Positions 51,890 through 63,275 of a stretch of DNA of 64,000 nt are shown here, one piece after another. A model generated the notes under the pieces. It did no database searches. It saw only the letters and a program-made list of their open reading frames with translations, and had not been told where the DNA came from. Within the stretch, counting starts at the first letter, position 1, and every line of letters starts with the position of its first letter. Position numbers and translations under genes: made by a program. The stretch covers positions 1 to 64,000 of the forward strand of contig CDMY01000342.1 in the NCBI GenBank assembly GCA_001179505.1, given 5' to 3'. The stretch is from Vitrella brassicaformis CCMP3155. Its lineage: Eukaryota > Protista > Chromerida.

Positions 51890-52570
51890 TCAATAACAGG
51901 GACCGCCGCAAAGCTTGCCGGCATGACTGTGAAGCTTGTGGCCCTTGTTCCACATATGATTCCCGACGTTGTTGAGCCCAGCAGCGTACGCAACATTGGC
52001 AATGCCCTTTTTGACACTTCCAACGAACTGTTTGACCTTTCCAAGGAATTCACCAAGAAGTCTCCTCCGATCGGCGGCGGCGGCGTCGGGTCCAGATGAC
52101 GCGCTGATAGTCTTAACCTCTGGCTCAACGACTGCAGTCAGTCGTTAACACACAACAGACATCCACTCACAGGTTGTGCGTGCGTCAGGAGGAACAGGCA
52201 GCACACATACCTGGTGCCTCAGCTGTCGACGACTGCTCCGTCTTGTCGTCTGCTGTTTCCACCGCCGTACGCACAACAGCCTCAGGCAGGACACCTGCAC
52301 ACACATAATATACACACACAGGAAGTATTGCCAGCCCGAGTCCGAGAGTGCAGACGTGTGGATGACTGACTGACTGACTGAGTGAATGGGTGTGTGCGTA
52401 CCTTCAGTTGTGATTTCGTTGGGATCATCAGCTGTCCCGCCTCGCAATCGCCTCGCCAGCACAGAGGGTGGTGCGGCACCAGCAGCAGCAGCAACAGCAG
52501 GCGGCTGTGGATCAGCCGACGCCAGAGTGATGCCGAAAACACACAGCAGCACGCTAAGGACCTTCATCAT
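51890..52570 (-). CDS. Secreted prepropeptide B (164 aa), paralogue of A
   Basis: Exons 52570-52402, 52294-52211 and 52131-51890 (total 495 nt). Same signal peptide and nearly the same propiece, DRRR, then LLGEFLGKVKQFVGSVKKGIANVAYAAGLNNVGNHMWNKGHKLHSHAGKLCGGPCY*. Confidence 0.85.
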
Positions 52571-53293
52571 CCTTGTCAGGGGCAGATGGATGGATGGATG
52601 TACGCGAGCAAGCAGACCACCAGCAGACCGAGAGGCAGGCACGAGTGAGTGACAGACGACAAAGAGCGGGCTGGGCAGCACTCAGTGATGCTAAGCTGTC
52701 TGCTGAGTGGTCGGCAGAGAGATGCTCGCAGTCGAGTGGGGATGAGGAGGATGGATGGAGGGCAGCTCAGGCTGGCAACAGTGGGTGGATGCAAAAGACA
52801 CAAGGCCACCAAGACAGTCGCACTGCAGAGAGAGAAGGGAGGGAGAGAAAAGAGAGGAGTCACACCTCTCGCTCGCTGCCAATCAGCCTGCGATGTACCT
52901 CATCGTCCAACATGGCCGGCCGACTGTGAGTCACTGAGGGCAGGGGGCGAGAGTGGCTTATGGAAGATGCAGCAGCTCATCTTCATAGAAGCCACGAAAC
53001 CGGGTCCCTGCTGAGCACGAGGGAGATAGTGCAGTGTTTGCCAGTGGATAAGGGACCGCGCTGCTATTGTAGCGGGGATCTGGGCATCAACTGCGCGAGA
53101 GATCGCTTGGCGCGCGCTCAAATGATGGAGTTAGTGCGCAAAGCTCCGCGAAGCAGTACTGCCCGCCGTTCTGAGTTTGTCGTGTAGCTTTCCGGAGAGT
53201 TTTAGACGCTCTTCGTGTCATTGGAAATCCCCTGTTGATTCGTTTCTCGGCTCCGGCGCCCCTCGAGTGCTCTCGCGGTTCCCTCTGCGTTGG

Positions 53294-53603
53294 ATGCCTG
53301 ACGAGTCCCACGACACTGCATGGCCAGAGGCTCCACCAAGCTGCTGCTGCTCACCACCGCTCCCACCGACACGATTCCGTCCCTCCGACAGTTTCCCGCA
53401 GTCGGTTCCTTCCCCTCCCCCTACCACACGACGGTGTGACACCAACAGCAACAGCCACGGCCGTCCTGGCGACTGCTGTCAGGCCTCTGACGACCACGGC
53501 GGAGCGCACCTGACGCACACGGCTGGTGTCTCGGGATTGGTGTATGCCCACTGCGCGCGGGACAGGCGGCTCGACTGCTGTCACACCTTTCCGTTTCGGA
53601 TAA
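53294..53603 (+). promoter_or_regulatory. Three upstream AUGs/uORFs in the putative eIF5 leader
   Basis: ATG at 53294, 53320 and 53544, each with T at -3; the transcription start is unknown. Confidence 0.45.
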
Positions 53604-53661
53604 GACGGACACGGACGAGTACCGACTCTGACACCGACGACGGTAGCGATAGCGAGCGACA

Positions 53662-56505
53662 ATGGCGATGCTCAACATACCCAGTAAGTAGGACCGGAGG
53701 GAGCCTCGCCTTCTGTTGGTTTTAAAAACAAATATTGATTCGTTGTGTACTGGTGTGTTTGGTGTGCTTGGTGTGTGGTGTTGTTTTGTGTGACGGTGTA
53801 GGCACGATTGACGACCCCAACTACCGTTACAAGATGCCCAAGCTGATGGCCAAGACGGAGGGCCGCGGCAACGGCATCAAGACCAACATAGTCAACATGG
53901 CCGACATCGCACGAGCACTCAAACGACCCCCCGGATGTGAGTGAGCAGAGCTCTGTCCTGTCCCACACACACTCACACACGTTGATTTGACACACAGGGA
54001 GGCAGGCAGGCAAGGGGCAAATGGAGTTGTGGTTGGTGTGGTGTGGTGTGGTGTGGTGTGTCTGTAGATCCGACCAAGTTCTTCGGTTGTGAGCTGGGTG
54101 CGCTGTCCAACTTTAGTGACAAGGAGGAGAAGGCCATCGTCAACGGCCAGCACGACGCCAAAGTCCTGCAGGAACTCCTGGACAAGTAAGTCAAGTCAGC
54201 GGGCGAGCATCCATCCCCCCACCAGACACCCACGACACCCACCCTTTTCCACTCCTCTCTCGGCGTGTCGTGTGTCAGGTTCATCCAGCTTTACGTGTTG
54301 TGCCCCAACTGCCACCTGCCCGAGATCGATTTGTCCATCAAGAAGGGCACCATCACCTACAAGTGCAACGCGTGCGGCGCGGCGGGCGACGGCGACAACG
54401 TACACAAGCTCGCCACATTCATACTCAAGAACCCACCCGACGGATCCGAATCCACCACCGGCAAAAAGACGTACGTGTTGACGCACACACCTTGACGCTT
54501 GACGCACACACGACAAGGCGTGCCGTGCCCCCACATGGACGGGTGTGTTGGTGTGTTGTCTGTCTGTCTGTCTGAATGTGCAGGAAGAAGAGCAAGGAGG
54601 AGCGTCAGGCTGCCCGTCGCGCCAAGACACACGATGGCGGCAACGATGACGAGGACGTAAGCCCTCACCCACCCCACCCGACCCCCAAATACCCATACCC
54701 ATACCACACCTCTCTGCTCTGTTCTGTGTGTCGGTTCGTTGTCCACCAGCTGGACGAGGTCGACGAAGCCCCCAAGAAGAAGAAGAAAGACAAGGCCGAC
54801 AAAGACAAGACCGACAAGGACAAGGACAAGGACAAAGACAAGGCCACGGGCAAGAAGAAGAAGGCCTCGTCCAAGTCCAAAAAGGGCGACTCGGCCAACG
54901 GCGACGGAAACGGCGAGGGCGACGGCGACAGCGACGACAGGAACGGCGTCGAGGGCGACGAGGAGTTGGCTGACGCTGAGGAGAAAGACGACGGGTCTTC
55001 GCCAAAGGACACCCCCACGGCACACACCAACGGCACCGCTGGCACCACTGAGGTGAGTGAGTGTGGGTCGGTGAGGAGAGGGGGTGGATGACTGTGAGAT
55101 GGTGTCATTGGGTGGTGTGTTGTGTGCGGTGCGTGTGCAGAAGAAGAAGAAGAGCAAGAAGGTTGACGATGAGGGCGTCATGGCCAAGGAGGCGCTCACC
55201 CACGACAGCCCTGAAATACGTATATATGTGCCCGCAGACAAAACAAGACACACGCATCCCATCCCATCCCATCCCATCCATCTCTGCGAATCGAATCCAC
55301 ACGCTGTGTGGGCCTGTGTGTGTATCTATGTGACAGTTGACGTGATCGAGCGTCTGCACAAGTTTGTGTCGAGCACCCCCGACATGACGCCCACCGACTT
55401 CTTCTCCGAGGTCCGCCTTCTGCAGGTGTCGCAGGACTTCGACGGACAGGTGCGCATCCATCATCGCATGGGATGGGTGGCCACACACACGCACCCGGCA
55501 CAGACGTGTCCAGAGGCCGGCAACACATACATCCATCTGTGTGTGTGCGTGTCCCTCACGTAGATGCGGCTGTACGTGGTGCTGTGTGTGTTGTTTGGCG
55601 TTGACGAGTCCTCCCTCTGCTCCAACTCACTCAAAAAGCGTTTCCCGTTCGTCAAAAAGGTACACAAAATACCAACCAGGAAGGGACCCACCATCCTGCC
55701 CACCACGTGTCGTGTGTGTATGACACGTGTGTGTGTGTGTGTGTGTGTGCAGGTGATAGATCAGACGATGAAGGTTGGGGACATCCTGAGTCCGCTGGAG
55801 CTGTACGTGGCGTCCAAGGCGCCCTCTTGCCTCTCGGGCACCGAGCAGAAACCCGCCGACTTCAACCTCATACTCAAACAACTATACGACGCCGAGCTTG
55901 TCGACGAAGGTGAGCCTTGCAGGCCACACACGTACACACACAGCCACCAGCAGCAGACGGATGCTCCCTCTCCCTCTCTCTCTGTGTGTGTGTGTGCGTT
56001 GATAGGTGGGTTCATGAAGTACTACGGCGAGGGTGACGTTGACGAGGCGTCTCACCACCTGGAGTGCAAAAAGGCGGGCGAGTTCTTCCTCAACTGGCTG
56101 CAGTAAGGATCACTGCACTGCACTCCACTCCACTCCCCACACGTCGGTCGGATCACAGTTTGGACACGATGGCCCTCCCCTTTCTGTGTGCAGGGAGGCT
56201 GACGAGGAGGAGGGCGAAGAGGAGGAGGAAGAAGAGGAGGAAGAGGAAGAGGTGAGCACGACACGGTACCCACACAACCCAGCATCACCTCCCTCCCTCC
56301 CTCCCTCACCATGCTTGTCTGTCTGTCTGTGCATCAGGATGGGGAGGAGTCGACCCCTGCAGTGAGCCGCCACGCGAGCATGGAGCCCACCGCCAGCCAG
56401 CAGCCCAACGGCACCGCACCCGCCGACCAGCTCAACGGCCAAAAGGCCACCGAGGAGGAGGAGGAGGAAGTGGAGGACGACGACCTGGACATTGACAACA
56501 TCTGA
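53662..56505 (+). CDS. EIF5: Eukaryotic translation initiation factor 5
   Basis: [51 protein letters not shown]...[10 protein letters not shown]...[15 protein letters not shown]...CNACG; K/D-rich linker; W2-like C-terminus ([18 protein letters not shown]); TGA at 56505. Confidence 0.97.
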
Positions 56506-56947
56506 TGTGGGAGGGAGGGGTCACATCTCATCCCATCTCATTGTATGACACGCCCAGCCAGCACATCGCATTACATTCCATGGACATGGGGGTCGGTGGG
56601 GGAAGGGGTGCGTGGCGTGGGGCAGCGTCGCCTGCCCGCCTGTGGTCTGTCTGTGTCTGGCCGGTTTTCGTGTGCCCCTCTCTCTCTCTGTGTGTGTGTG
56701 TGTGTGTGTGTGTGTCCGTGTGTCGCTCTCTTTCTTTTCCTTCTTTTGTTCTGCCTGCCTGTCTGCCCGGTGTAATCAATGCATACGTGACCTGACCTGT
56801 GTGTGTATCGTGCGTGTCCTTACCTTACCTTACCTTACCTTACCTTATCTGACTGACTGACAAATGTGATGATTGATGATGCCATGCCGTCCGTCGACTA
56901 TCCTTTTTCAACAACTACAAATAATGGTGCGCTGCATCGCGCTCGAG

Positions 56948-57976
56948 ACGGTATGGTGCTGGGTGCGTTGAGGATGGGCAGGTGACAGCGACTGATGGCT
57001 CTCAACAGCCATTGCGTCGCTGTCAGCTGTCCTTCCTGTACGCTCCCAAAAACAGACCACGACGCGTGCAGCAACATGAGCAATGAGCTGTGTGTGGGAG
57101 GAGAGACTATTGGATGCAGTGCAATGCACTTATGGTGTGTGGTCCATGAGTGCCGAATGCTCGACAAACAACGGTCTCTGCGTGAGAGAGCGGGGCATGG
57201 GGTGGGGACCATCCATCTGTTCCACTCAATATGATATCATGACAGTAGATAGAAAGAGACGAGATGCACACCATGCACTTGCCCTTCATGTCTGATGGAT
57301 GCCTCTCCTGCGTCTGCCTGCAACGTGTAGCCGTCGGCTGTCTCTGTCGGGTCGGCGGCATCACGTCCGGCAGGACTGGACAGGTATCTATCTGCATGTA
57401 ATGGATGGCCGTGGATTCGTGGACATCCATGAGGCATGAGGCAAGTATGGTAGCTAGCTTTGCGCTGCGTCTGTGTTGTGTGTGTCTGATTGATTGATGC
57501 GCCGAGCCGAGCAGTCACCCCTCCCTCCCTTGACACCACGCTGTAGGTATGCAGCGATGTGTTTTCATTCACACGTGAGTGATGTTGTGCATGTGTATGA
57601 TTGTGTATGCGATGATCGTACAGGTCGACTGACGGACCCTTCTGCACGGATGTGCGTGTGTATGGTATGGTGTGCTGTGCTGCGTGTCAAGAATTGAACT
57701 TTGAAAGCCCAACAAAACACACACCGTCCGTGGGTCCGTCCGGTCCACAGCATATATAAGAAAAGTGCAGCCGTAGTAATTGATTGATGCGATGATGCAT
57801 ACGCACAAATCACTGAATTCATTAGATTCGTGGGAGGACCAAAACCCTCAGGAGAGGCAGGCTCGTCGGGTCTTGGGTCCGTCAATCACGGGCAGAGATG
57901 ACAGTGGCGCAATGGCTGTTGAGAGCCACTAGTCGCTGTCACCTGCCCGTCCTCGACGCACCCAAGACGATACCGT
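56948..57976. repeat. Pair of 78-bp inverted repeats (56948-57025 and 57899-57976), each containing a hairpin
   Basis: Manual alignment of the left arm to the reverse complement of the right arm gives 9 mismatches in 78 nt. Confidence 0.85.
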
Positions 57977-58199
57977 GCCATCCATCCCCTCCCTCTGTGT
58001 CGATGATGCATCCATCGATCCATGCTATGCATTCTCTCACATGCGCACACAATAAATGGCCTGGCCACATGCACTCGTAATAAATGCATAAACATGGACA
58101 CGACACACATCATGACATGATGCGCACACCTCAATGCACTCACTGCCCCCTCCGTTCCTCCCTCTAGTGGTAGGTACATCACATGCACCACACGACATC

Positions 58200-59400
58200 A
58201 CACGACACGACACCAAAATCCCTCACTCACTCCACTCGGCGGCTGGCTCATCCGTCGCTCCTCACTTCCACACTGCCTCCGCTGCCTGGGTGTAGCCCCC
58301 GATCGTCTGCAGGGCCACGTTGCCAGTGCCCGAGGCTGCTGACCCCCGGCGCGCTGCCGCCGCTGCAGCCGCCTGTTTGTTCTGCTCGCGGAGTGAGTGC
58401 AGCTGGCCCTTGAGCAACCCCTCGCATGAGCGAATGCCCATGTCGAACACCATGCCGCAGCACGCCACAGCTGACATACACACAACAGAGAGAAAGAACA
58501 GATCACTCGACCGCTAAGTACACATGGCCGGCTGCCTTTGTGCCGTGTTGTCCTTACTCTGTGCGGCGGCCTCCAAGACCGGCTCGCACTCCTGGTTTTG
58601 CTGCAAGCAGAGTCAACGAGGGAGAGAAATGAACAGCCGGCCAGTGTGCTGTGCTGTGTCCTCTCTCCTCCCCTAGCTACCATGAGCAGAGGGTCGTCTT
58701 CGGCGGCGTCCTCAACAGGAAGACGATTCAGATCCTGACCAGCCAGCACAGTACAGACGGCTTGCATTAACCACCTCTCCCGCGTCCTCATCCATTCACA
58801 TCAACTGCTCACCGCACGTCGCCCATTGGTGATGTCGCCAGCGAGGCTGCCCGAGTCCAGCGACTGCTGCGGGACGGCGCGCCGGCTGAGATCTACTCTA
58901 CGGCTACCTGCTCCAGCACCAGGAGTGGAGGTTTGCGTGTCGGGCGCCAGATCAGGTGAGGCGAAACCTGCGTGGGACACACACACACAGAGAGAGAGAG
59001 ATGGACACCTACTGGCATGCATGACAGCAGCCCGCACACCTGAGGCGAAGGGATGGGAGGCGTCGCTGCTGAAAGTCGAATGCCACACCTGGCTGCTGTC
59101 ATTCCACATGGTGCCGCTGCTCTGCTGCATCTCTGCGTAGGGCAAGATCTTCTGCGCAAGAGGGGCGAAAAACATCGCGCCTCGGGGCTGCGAGCTAGGC
59201 GTGCAGGGAGGAGGAGGAGAGTCAACTTTCCTGTCGCTCGTTGGTCCTTTGCCCTTTCGTCCTTGTGCATATCATCGCATTAACTGCATAGTGCATTGCA
59301 TTGCATCCATCCGTCCACTGCCTTTCGTTGACCCCCCTTTTTGCCTCGTCGTGGGCGGGCTGTTAGCGATTTGCAATGACGACAGAGGAGGCGCCTCTCC
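58200..59400 (-). CDS. Possible hypothetical multi-exon gene
   Basis: Several short coding-like segments between microsatellite-type introns (e.g. KILPYAEMQQSSGTMWNDSSQVWHST, DLNRLPVEDAAEDDPLLMVAR); no family motif recognised. Confidence 0.3.
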
Positions 59401-59418
59401 TTCGTGAGCATCTGATGG

Positions 59419-61683
59419 ATGGAGGCGGAGAGGCTCAACCAAGCCATTCATCGAGATGATGTCTCTGTGTTTGTATCTGCCTGTCTGCACTGTGCAGACA
59501 AAGACACGTCGGGCCGCAAATCGTCGGTGTTTCGGGTGGGCTGGGCAGGGGCTGGGGCAGGGCAGTGCAAAGACTCCTGCACCGGTGCGTCTGTACATGT
59601 GTATGTGTTCAGGTGTTGACGCATTCAGGGCCCGAGCCGCCCGAGATTGACGAGGAGACAGCCATTGCAAAGGGGGGACTCGAGGCTGTTCCTGAGGTAC
59701 ATATTACAGTACGCAGATGGAGGCAGCGCATGCGGCGATCGCACGCCATCGACGTGAATGTAAGATGAGAAGGAGTGTGTGTATGCGGCGACAGAGGAGG
59801 CAATCGAGATCCACACCAGACACACAGGTACTCTCTTGTCAATGGCTGACGATTGGTTGGTGTTGCGTCATTTGGTGTCTCTCTGTCGGTGTGCATGGCT
59901 GAAGTTGGTTCTGCTCCTCGTCTGACGGTGACCCAGCTGGCGGAGCATGCCCGCCGGCACACCATTCTCAACACGGCAGCCATCAATGAGCTCAAAGAAG
60001 TGTAGGCAATGGACTTGGGGAGGGCAGTGAGGGAGGCGGTAATCAATGCGTGGATGTGTGTGTGCAGTGATCCGAAGGTGGTGCAATTTCTGCAGTCGTG
60101 GGCAGGCGTGCTCGTGCAGGTAGGTAGGCTATCAGACAGACAGGAGGGATATGTGAATCTGACGGCTAAGTGCGTGTCTCCTCTCCATTCCATTCCATCC
60201 ATCGCAGCTGCTCATCTTCTTCGTCTGCGTCAATATTCAATCGTAAGCCCTTAAGGACTTACCTACCGACAAGATCGACCGTTGCCCACCCAATGTGTGC
60301 ACTGCACGGTTCCCTGCTTGCAGATTCACCCCCAACGTAGGCGGGTGGCCAAGGTCATCCCCCAAACCGGCAAGAAGGGCCAGCCTTTCTTCGATGGTGT
60401 GCATTGCATCTTCACACCACTAAACCCAGGACGCACTGCACCGACCACAACAATTAAAGGCATGGACGTGTGGGTATTGTATGGCGCAGGTGTTGTCATG
60501 TCGTGTGCGGCCCTATTCAATGTCACCCTGATGATCTTCGTCTCCCTCGCCGCCGACGGCGTGCAGGGACTCAATGCATGCTTCAGCCCCAAGGCATGCA
60601 GCCACACCCACGCACAGAGACAGAGAGGGAGAGGGGCGCCCAAATGACTTCCCGACATTTGTACCTACTGTGTGTCAGGAAGTGCTTCTGATGTCCCCTC
60701 CGGCCTTTTTGTACGGTGTGGGTGACTGTCTGCAGCTCATCGCCCTTAAGCTACACCGACCCCACACTCGTGCAAATCGCCTCTCAGTCAAAGATGATCC
60801 TGTCGGCCCTGCTGTGCCGCTTCTGGCTGGGCCGCCCCCTGAGCGGCCTCCAATGGCTGCTGCTGGTGGCCACGTCGACCATCCTTTATTCCTATGTGCA
60901 GTTAGACTTTCTGGTCGACAAACTCTCGGTGGCCAAACTGGGCAAGGCCGCACAGGACAAGGCCGCACAGGCGCAGCTGATCGGCATTTCCCTGCTGGGA
61001 CTCAGAGTGCGTAGGTCGACGTAGTGAAGGGGCCGAGAGAGTAGGGGCACTGCGTGTGTCGTGTCGGCTTGTAGGTGTTGCTGACGACGCCAGGTGGTGT
61101 GCTGTCTGACTACCTATTTAAGACGACCAAGCGTCCATTCTACATACAGCTCGCGCAGACGATGTGGTCAACGGCGGCCGCCAGCATGGTCATGACACTC
61201 ATCCAGTTCTGGAAGGGCGACCTCTGGTCAAAAGGCGTCTTCGGAGGTATGGACTTGCGACCGGATTGAGACGTGGAGACATGTACTGAATGCATTGTAG
61301 TGCATTACACGTGTGTCTTCATGCCATGCAGGAATTGACTGCGGCGGTGTGGAGCCGTGCGGCTGGAGCGGCCGCGTGATTTTCCTCACCGCATGGTGGG
61401 CTGGTTGATGGATAAAGGCGCAGAGACACACAGATGTCTCCCTGACCGTGAATATTGGTTGGAGGATGGATGGATGCATGGCTGGACGGATGTCTGCAGG
61501 TATGCGCTGCGCACGTCGGTGAACTGTCTGCTGCTGAAGCGGCTGGATGCGGTGTGGAAGGGCATCGCCGACACCGTGGCGACCCTCTTCGTCTTCATCT
61601 ACGCCGTCACCATCTTCGGCGAGAAACCCGGACCGGCAGTCGACCTCAAAGTCAGTGCGTGATCGACTGAGCGAGAAGACACA

Positions 61684-61719
<36 letters not shown>

Positions 61720-61880
61720 TGCAATACACCTGCGCCTGTCTTTGTGTGGCCAAGGTTGCGTTGATTTTGGGTATCATCATTGTGGTGATTGCCTATGTGC
61801 TGACCAAAGTCAATGTCCCCAAGAAGGAGGAAAGCCAGCAGCAGCAGCAGCAGCAGCAGCAAGAGGCCAAGAAGGAGTGA
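59419..61880 (+). CDS. Nucleotide-sugar transporter (SLC35A/DMT type) with an apparent +1 frameshift; 5' exons uncertain
   Basis: PAFLYGVGDCLQLIAL/SYTDPTLVQIASQSKMILSALLCRFWLGRPLSGLQWLLLV; GVLSDYLFK; LLKRLDAVWKGIADTVATL; TGA at 61880. Confidence 0.8.
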
Positions 61881-62294
61881 AGCAGTTCACCCACATGATG
61901 TGCAATTCGGTGACTGAGTGAGAGTTTTCGGCAGACAAGAGAAATGAGGATGTGATGTGTGTGCTATGCGGTGGGTGGTGTGTGGTGGGTGGCTCGCGAG
62001 TGCGACCGACAAAGTAAGCGCTGGAGAGATGGTGGTGATTCCATACACAAATGCGTCCCTCAGTCATTAATTATGCATCCCTCGAGACCTGGGTATACTC
62101 CAAAAAGCTCTTCCTTGTGTGTCCACACACACACACACATAAAGAGTACTTACTGTCTGTATACACTGACTGCACAGTGCAGACAGATGCACACACACTC
62201 CACAAAGTGGGACCCACACACGTACAAACAAAGGCAGGTACACTTGTTGTGTCCATCCATCCATCTACTGCCTGCCTGGCCGCCGTGCGTCTAT

Positions 62295-62954
62295 CTATTG
62301 GCTCTTGATGCTCATCTTGAGCTGCTCGATTCTCTTCCGGTAATAGGCGATCAGCTGCGAGACACGCCAACACACTCTGTAGGCACAAACACACACACGT
62401 CACTCACACGCTGCAGAGAGGTGAGACGGGTGCTGGCTGACATCCACAAGGTGATGTTAGAGAGGCTGATCCACCTGCACACACACACGCACACACACAC
62501 ACACCGATCATGGCAGGCGGGCACACACCAGTAATCAACCAATAGCAGCAGAGTGCTTCCTTCCGTACCAGTTCCGTTGGTGCCTCCAGAGGTTCATTTT
62601 CCATCTGTCCTCCATCTGCACCTGATAGGGCGAGGTCGCCGCCTGGGTGCTCCTCATCTTCTGCAGGTCGACACTCTCATACGCAAACAGCACCAGCGTC
62701 ACCAAAGTGATGAACGTCACCACCCTGCACAAACAATCCACACACAATCGATTCTGTCGCATCTGCCTGTCCTGTTTGTTCTGTTTGCCTGCATACCGAC
62801 CTGATCCTGGCGAGTCCGATGGAGATGTGAGCCGCGCAGAGTGCATGGCCTGGCCGAGGCGCTCGAGCATCACCACGCCAGACAGCAGCAGGATGCACAG
62901 CGTGGCGGCGATTGGGGCGCAGATCCACGCGATGAACGACCACACCGAAGCCAT
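62295..62954 (-). CDS. BAP29/BAP31-like ER membrane protein
   Basis: Three hydrophobic segments with ...MEDRWKMNLWRHQRNW-WISLSNITLW (cf. FRAQRNLYISG), then basic coiled tail YYRKRIEQLKMSIKSQ*. Confidence 0.7.
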
Positions 62955-62959
62955 TGATG

Positions 62960-63275
62960 GCACCGACGTTCGGCCCCGTCTGTCTGTATGCCTTTGAGTG
63001 AGCCTCTTCAGCTTTCCCCTTTGTGCACGTCTAAGCTCGCAGAAACCCCACACCCTAAACCCTATAGTCTCTGCTTTGAGGGCTTCTTCCCATTGCAGGG
63101 GGGCGGGGAGGGCGGGGAATGGTTGCTCGTGTGATGGGCTGTCTGTGTGGTGAGCTTGAGCGGATGGCCTCGCGTGTGTGAGAAGTGGGTATGCGGCAGG
63201 GGGGGTATCGATGGGGTGAGTGCGGTGAAGTGGTAAGAGGTGCAATTTGGTGGAAATGCCGAATGGCGAGGCGAT
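62960..63275 (-). promoter_or_regulatory. Upstream region of the BAP31-like gene, homologous to the 5' module of the calpain-like repeats; contains TATAGGGTTTAGGGT
   Basis: Reverse complement aligns by eye to 23468-23630 and to 25915-25990/16822-16930; telomere-type motif at 63052-63066. Confidence 0.6.

Larger units (their letters stand above)
48282..52945. repeat. Direct tandem duplication: about 48282-50420 and about 50999-52945
   Basis: Both units begin AAGCGTCATT(T)ATTTTGCATCCTTTGTCGG and end CATGGCCGGCCGACTGTGAGTCAC; no gap separates them and they are clearly diverged. Confidence 0.92.

Noticed and set aside
52960-53187. 75-aa ORF MEDAAAHLHRSHETG... between peptide gene B and eIF5
   Set aside because: Single short ORF with no motif, in a probable divergent promoter region.
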